Source of the DNA: Balanoglossus misakiensis
Taxonomy: Eukaryota; Animalia; Hemichordata
Length of the DNA stretch: 64,000 nucleotides
Direction: 5' to 3'
Assembly (NCBI GenBank): GCA_040954595.2
Contig: CM082596.2
Coordinates: forward strand, 8,507,124-8,571,123
Part shown: in pieces, positions 45,616 through 64,000 of the stretch
How the letters are laid out: each line of letters begins with the position of its first letter
Position numbering within the stretch: the stretch's first letter is position 1
Translations under genes and position numbers: made by a program
Notes under the pieces: model-generated
The model's input: the letters and a program-made list of their open reading frames with translations, nothing else
Databases searched by the model: none
Told to the model about the DNA's origin: nothing

Positions 45616-46039
45616 ATTGGCTGTCGGCCCGGAACTTTCGACGGTATCAAGCTCAACAAAACTTTATGTATGGTTTGGTCGACAGGTTCTTCAATCAAGG
45701 TTGCATGTTTTATTTGTCATTAAATCAAAGCTATGGAGAAAATACTAAAGCTGTCAATTAAAACAACAAATTGTGAAATCAAGGATTCGTGAAGCAGGAC
45801 TGATTTCTCTTTTTTACTATAAAACGGCAAAAAAATGCATAGCACCTAAATTAACATTTATTAGCATCTGAATAGTCATATGTCCAGAGAACGAATTGCC
45901 CTTGAGGGCGCTATTCTCTGTCGCAACTCATCGGCGACGCATTTGTCGGCGACATCATTTATAATACGCGGTGCGGTATTCTTGAGGCCACTATTTACCT
46001 GACCGGGCAGCTTGTTTTACACCCGAACCGACCAACAGG

Positions 46040-47230
46040 CCGCAGCAAAAGAAATGGTCAAAGACAGCACACGTACAACATACCAGTCTATTTACAGGGT
46101 TAATTTAATTGCAGATACGAGTAATATTCACAAAATGTTAAATAATATTTACACTAAACTACAAACCAAACTCGAGCGTGACCAGGTGACCAAACAAAAT
46201 TTCTTGTCAACTTAGACAAGCAAATTGATTCTCTTTATGCAGTATGGGTCAAGAGACTGGTCTTGTGTAAAGGCAACACTTGGTCTGCTATACCATGGCA
46301 TTATTTACAAATGGATGACCTTCAGTCATGTAATCTTATTCAGCACAACATTTTCTGGGAATCACTACCAAAGGCTCTGATCCCTGAATTTTACGTCAAG
46401 GTTTTAAATGCTTGGTAAAGTGCAAGTGAAAACATCAAAGGAAACAGAAATGAAATTTTGAAATGGTGTAGCAAGTTGCACTTTTTCTACAAATCCTTGA
46501 AAAATTGTAAATACGGTATTTGGGATGGAAAACACTGGATTTCCATCAATAACGTTACGTGTAAAGCCATTTATGCGAACATTCTTCAAAGGAGTCCAAA
46601 AGTGGATAAACTTAACAAATGGTACACATTACTGGAGGTACCAAACCAGACTACAAAAGAAAGTGAAACGGTCTGGAAGAACATAGTTACACGCAATAAC
46701 TAAGAAACAAAGTTGCGGGAATTTCAATGGAAACTTTTACACAGGTTGTTGCCATGTAATAAGTATTTGTTTTATTGGAATAAGAGCAGCAGTGTGGATT
46801 GTGAACTTTGTAAGATACCAGAGTCTCTTGAGCACAAGTACGTGCGTTGTACTCTAGCCACATCACTTTGGGCAAAAATCGAGCGCATAATTCGGCAACT
46901 TTTTTGTAAAGATTTTGTTTTACAAAGCGCTCATATTATTTTCAATTGCATTAGAAGTGATATGCTTTCGAAAATCTGAATAAAATATTGTAAATTTATT
47001 GATTTTAGTTTGCAAATGGAGTATACATAAATACTGGCTAAGTGAAACCAGAGCGCCTTTAAATACGAATTTATATTGAGATACAAGGTATACAAGGAAA
47101 TATGCAATAATTCAGAAAGTGTAAGAATTTTTGAAGCTATTATATCTATGATGTGAGTTTTCGGTTGGTTTCTTTTTTTGATATGTTGATGTAACACTGA
47201 AAGTTTTTTCTAATAAAAAGATAAAAAAAA
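46040..47230 (+). mobile_element. Old 5'-truncated, degenerate L1/Tx1-type LINE 3' end (different family)
   Basis: REFQWKLLHRLLPCNKYLFYW...CELCKIPESLEH..VRC (zf-RVT-like) with stops and frameshifts; ends in AATAAA plus A-rich tail at 47212-47230; 5' boundary approximate. Confidence 0.8.
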
Positions 47231-48012
47231 TGTCTTACAAGTTAAAAGTCTAACAAACAGTTCGGTGACTCGACGCACGACGATACTGGCCTTTCACTCG
47301 ACGCCCAACAATCCTGGCATTTCTGTCCGTTTTACGCCAGTGTACAAAAGACAGTCACTCAAATGCAGTTCCACCGTGTAGTCCACAGACAGCCACGTAT
47401 TACCTCAAATACAGTTCCACCGTGACACGGAAACGCGCTCCCTCAGGACGGTTCCCAAATTCCACGCAGCGTCCTCGAAAACATCCACCACGGGTTCACC
47501 AAGTCCCTTCTGCAGTGTCAATCCTCAGCTACCACAGCAAACAGGCAAACTCCGTACGGTGGGCTCCCAAACTCCGCAACAATGCGACAGCACAGCTACC
47601 GGACCAGAATCAAATGAGTCACACAACAACGTGGCACTGGGTGGCTTTTATATGAGCAAAACTACTTAACACCTGGTCACGCTTATATGCTAAATAAAGC
47701 AATCAACATAGGTGCACCTGGCCACGAAACAAAACAAACAAAAAACTTCATCACAAGGCAGTTACACACTACAAACAAGTAGTGCTCCCTGTGGTGGTAC
47801 ACAGTAGTAAAACGCAACAGATTACAGATCACAAGCGCCCGGCAAAAAGTACATGTTGTATGATGTATGTAGCTGGCTGGCTGGCTGCAGCTGGCATCCA
47901 TTGCCAGGCTAGGCGGCGCCAGTGCAGTGCGCCGCGCCGGTGCGCGTAAGAACGGAGTGACCTTTGGCCCTTTGATCATGCGCAGTAATTAACACGTGTC
48001 TTTAATCGCAAG

Positions 48013-62685
<14,673 letters not shown>

Positions 62686-63821
62686 GGGGAAAAGGATCTG
62701 AAAGCAACTTTGAACAGCCCTGGCAAATATTATGAGTAAACTGTACTGAAGAGGGGGGAAAGAGGAGGGGGGGGGGGGGGTACAAATTCAGTGTATAAAG
62801 TGATTGAGACGCATTTCAGAAACGAGAGGGCTACCCACAAGACAGCAATCAATATTTTTTCTTACTTAACACTGGCCACTTGATTAAAGAATTGCGAACA
62901 GGTATCTTGACTTTATATGGTCATGTTTATTTGACTTGGTTTGAAAAGAGTTCATATCGTGCGAAATGTATAGTATCAAAATCATGGTTTTGTGATTAAC
63001 AAATAATTAACACATGATTGCAAAGGCAGTCTCAGGATCTGTTGCCTACCCAAAGATTTTGGTGGACATGACAGTAATGTTGATTAAGTGCTGAAATACA
63101 GTGACACAATTGTTCATGAGGAGTCTGGTCTGCATAGTGTTCATTTTGCAAATTGGTTTGGACGACGTACCCTATGTGTTTGGACCTCACATAGTTGCCT
63201 TCTGTTTGTAGAGAGAGCTAGAATTGTCAAGTTTTAGTGAGTTGTACCTTTTTCTTTCTCAGTTTTAGTTTTTTTAAAAACCTCTGAAACTGCCTGATTT
63301 CTTTTCAATTTCAATTAGAGGTTAACAGGGTTGTCCTCATTAAGATGTATTGAAATCATGACAACATTATCAATATTGTATTGTGGTAATTTTTGACTGC
63401 CTATTTGAGTGGGGGTGGGGGTGTAAAGAATTTTGTTCTCGGAAAGTATGGTCTAACTGCTTTGAGGCGATACCAAAGGATTCAGAGCATGTTTTGCTTG
63501 CTATCACTGGCAACATTCCAAACCATTCCAAAGATATCGCAATAGAACCCTTCAAAATAGCCTTTGCAAAAACCATTTTGTACTTGGACAGATGCTATTA
63601 ACCAAATCCATTCTAGGGGTTCTGAACTAGCATCTCTTGTTGACTTCTGAAATTTTGGAACCAAACATTGTTACAACTGAAAAAGTATAAGGTACCCTTG
63701 AATGTTCCAATTCTTATCAAATAGGAGTACATTGATGCTGTCATGTGACTAAGTCTCAGCCAATCACAAGTGAGAGATAATAAGCAAGATATTTATACGT
63801 TGACCCCACTGAAATTTCAGG

Positions 63822-63914
63822 TTAACCCTTTCACCACCATGGTTTGGTCCAAATCCATTGTTTTCTGTGGTAAAGTGGGACCTCTACAGAAGGATCTGGG
63901 GGTGAAAAAGTTAA
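63822..63914. mobile_element. Short piggyBac-like MITE
   Basis: TTAACCCTTTCACC...GGTGAAAAAGTTAA; related copies near 29870-29955 and 30400-30470. Confidence 0.55.
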
Positions 63915-64000
63915 TGATATAGACTCCTTGTCAGCTGTTCTTTTTTTATGCAAAATAGCTCTTTATGTCACGTTGTGCATATTTTAGGGATGAATTACAC

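Overview
AT-rich, intron-containing animal genomic DNA, probably a marine invertebrate (taxon not determinable from sequence alone). Host genes reconstructed from splice sites: LIN52 (-), a consortin-like gene (-) with a U12-type intron, an RNF216-like RBR ligase (+), an orphan 3' fragment of a DEG/ENaC channel (+), an intact paraoxonase lacking several catalytic residues plus a tandem frameshifted, 5'-truncated paraoxonase (-), and WDR43/UTP5 (+). The main result is two U2 snRNA genes, arranged as an inverted pair about 28.5 kb apart. Each is split at the branch-point-recognition site by a full-length, intact, near-identical 5.9-kb Tx1-clade LINE of the U2-targeting (Keno-like) type. The junctions are identical, there is no poly(A) tail or TSD, the 3' end resembles the deleted U2 target, and ORF1 has extra C2H2-like fingers. 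Also present are many non-autonomous DNA transposons (Kolobok-, piggyBac-, Harbinger-, MULE-like), decayed Gypsy, Tigger and Tx1 fragments, tRNA-derived SINEs and a tRNA-Ser remnant interrupted at its T-loop. No CRISPR or prokaryotic features. All exon coordinates and divergence estimates were read by eye.
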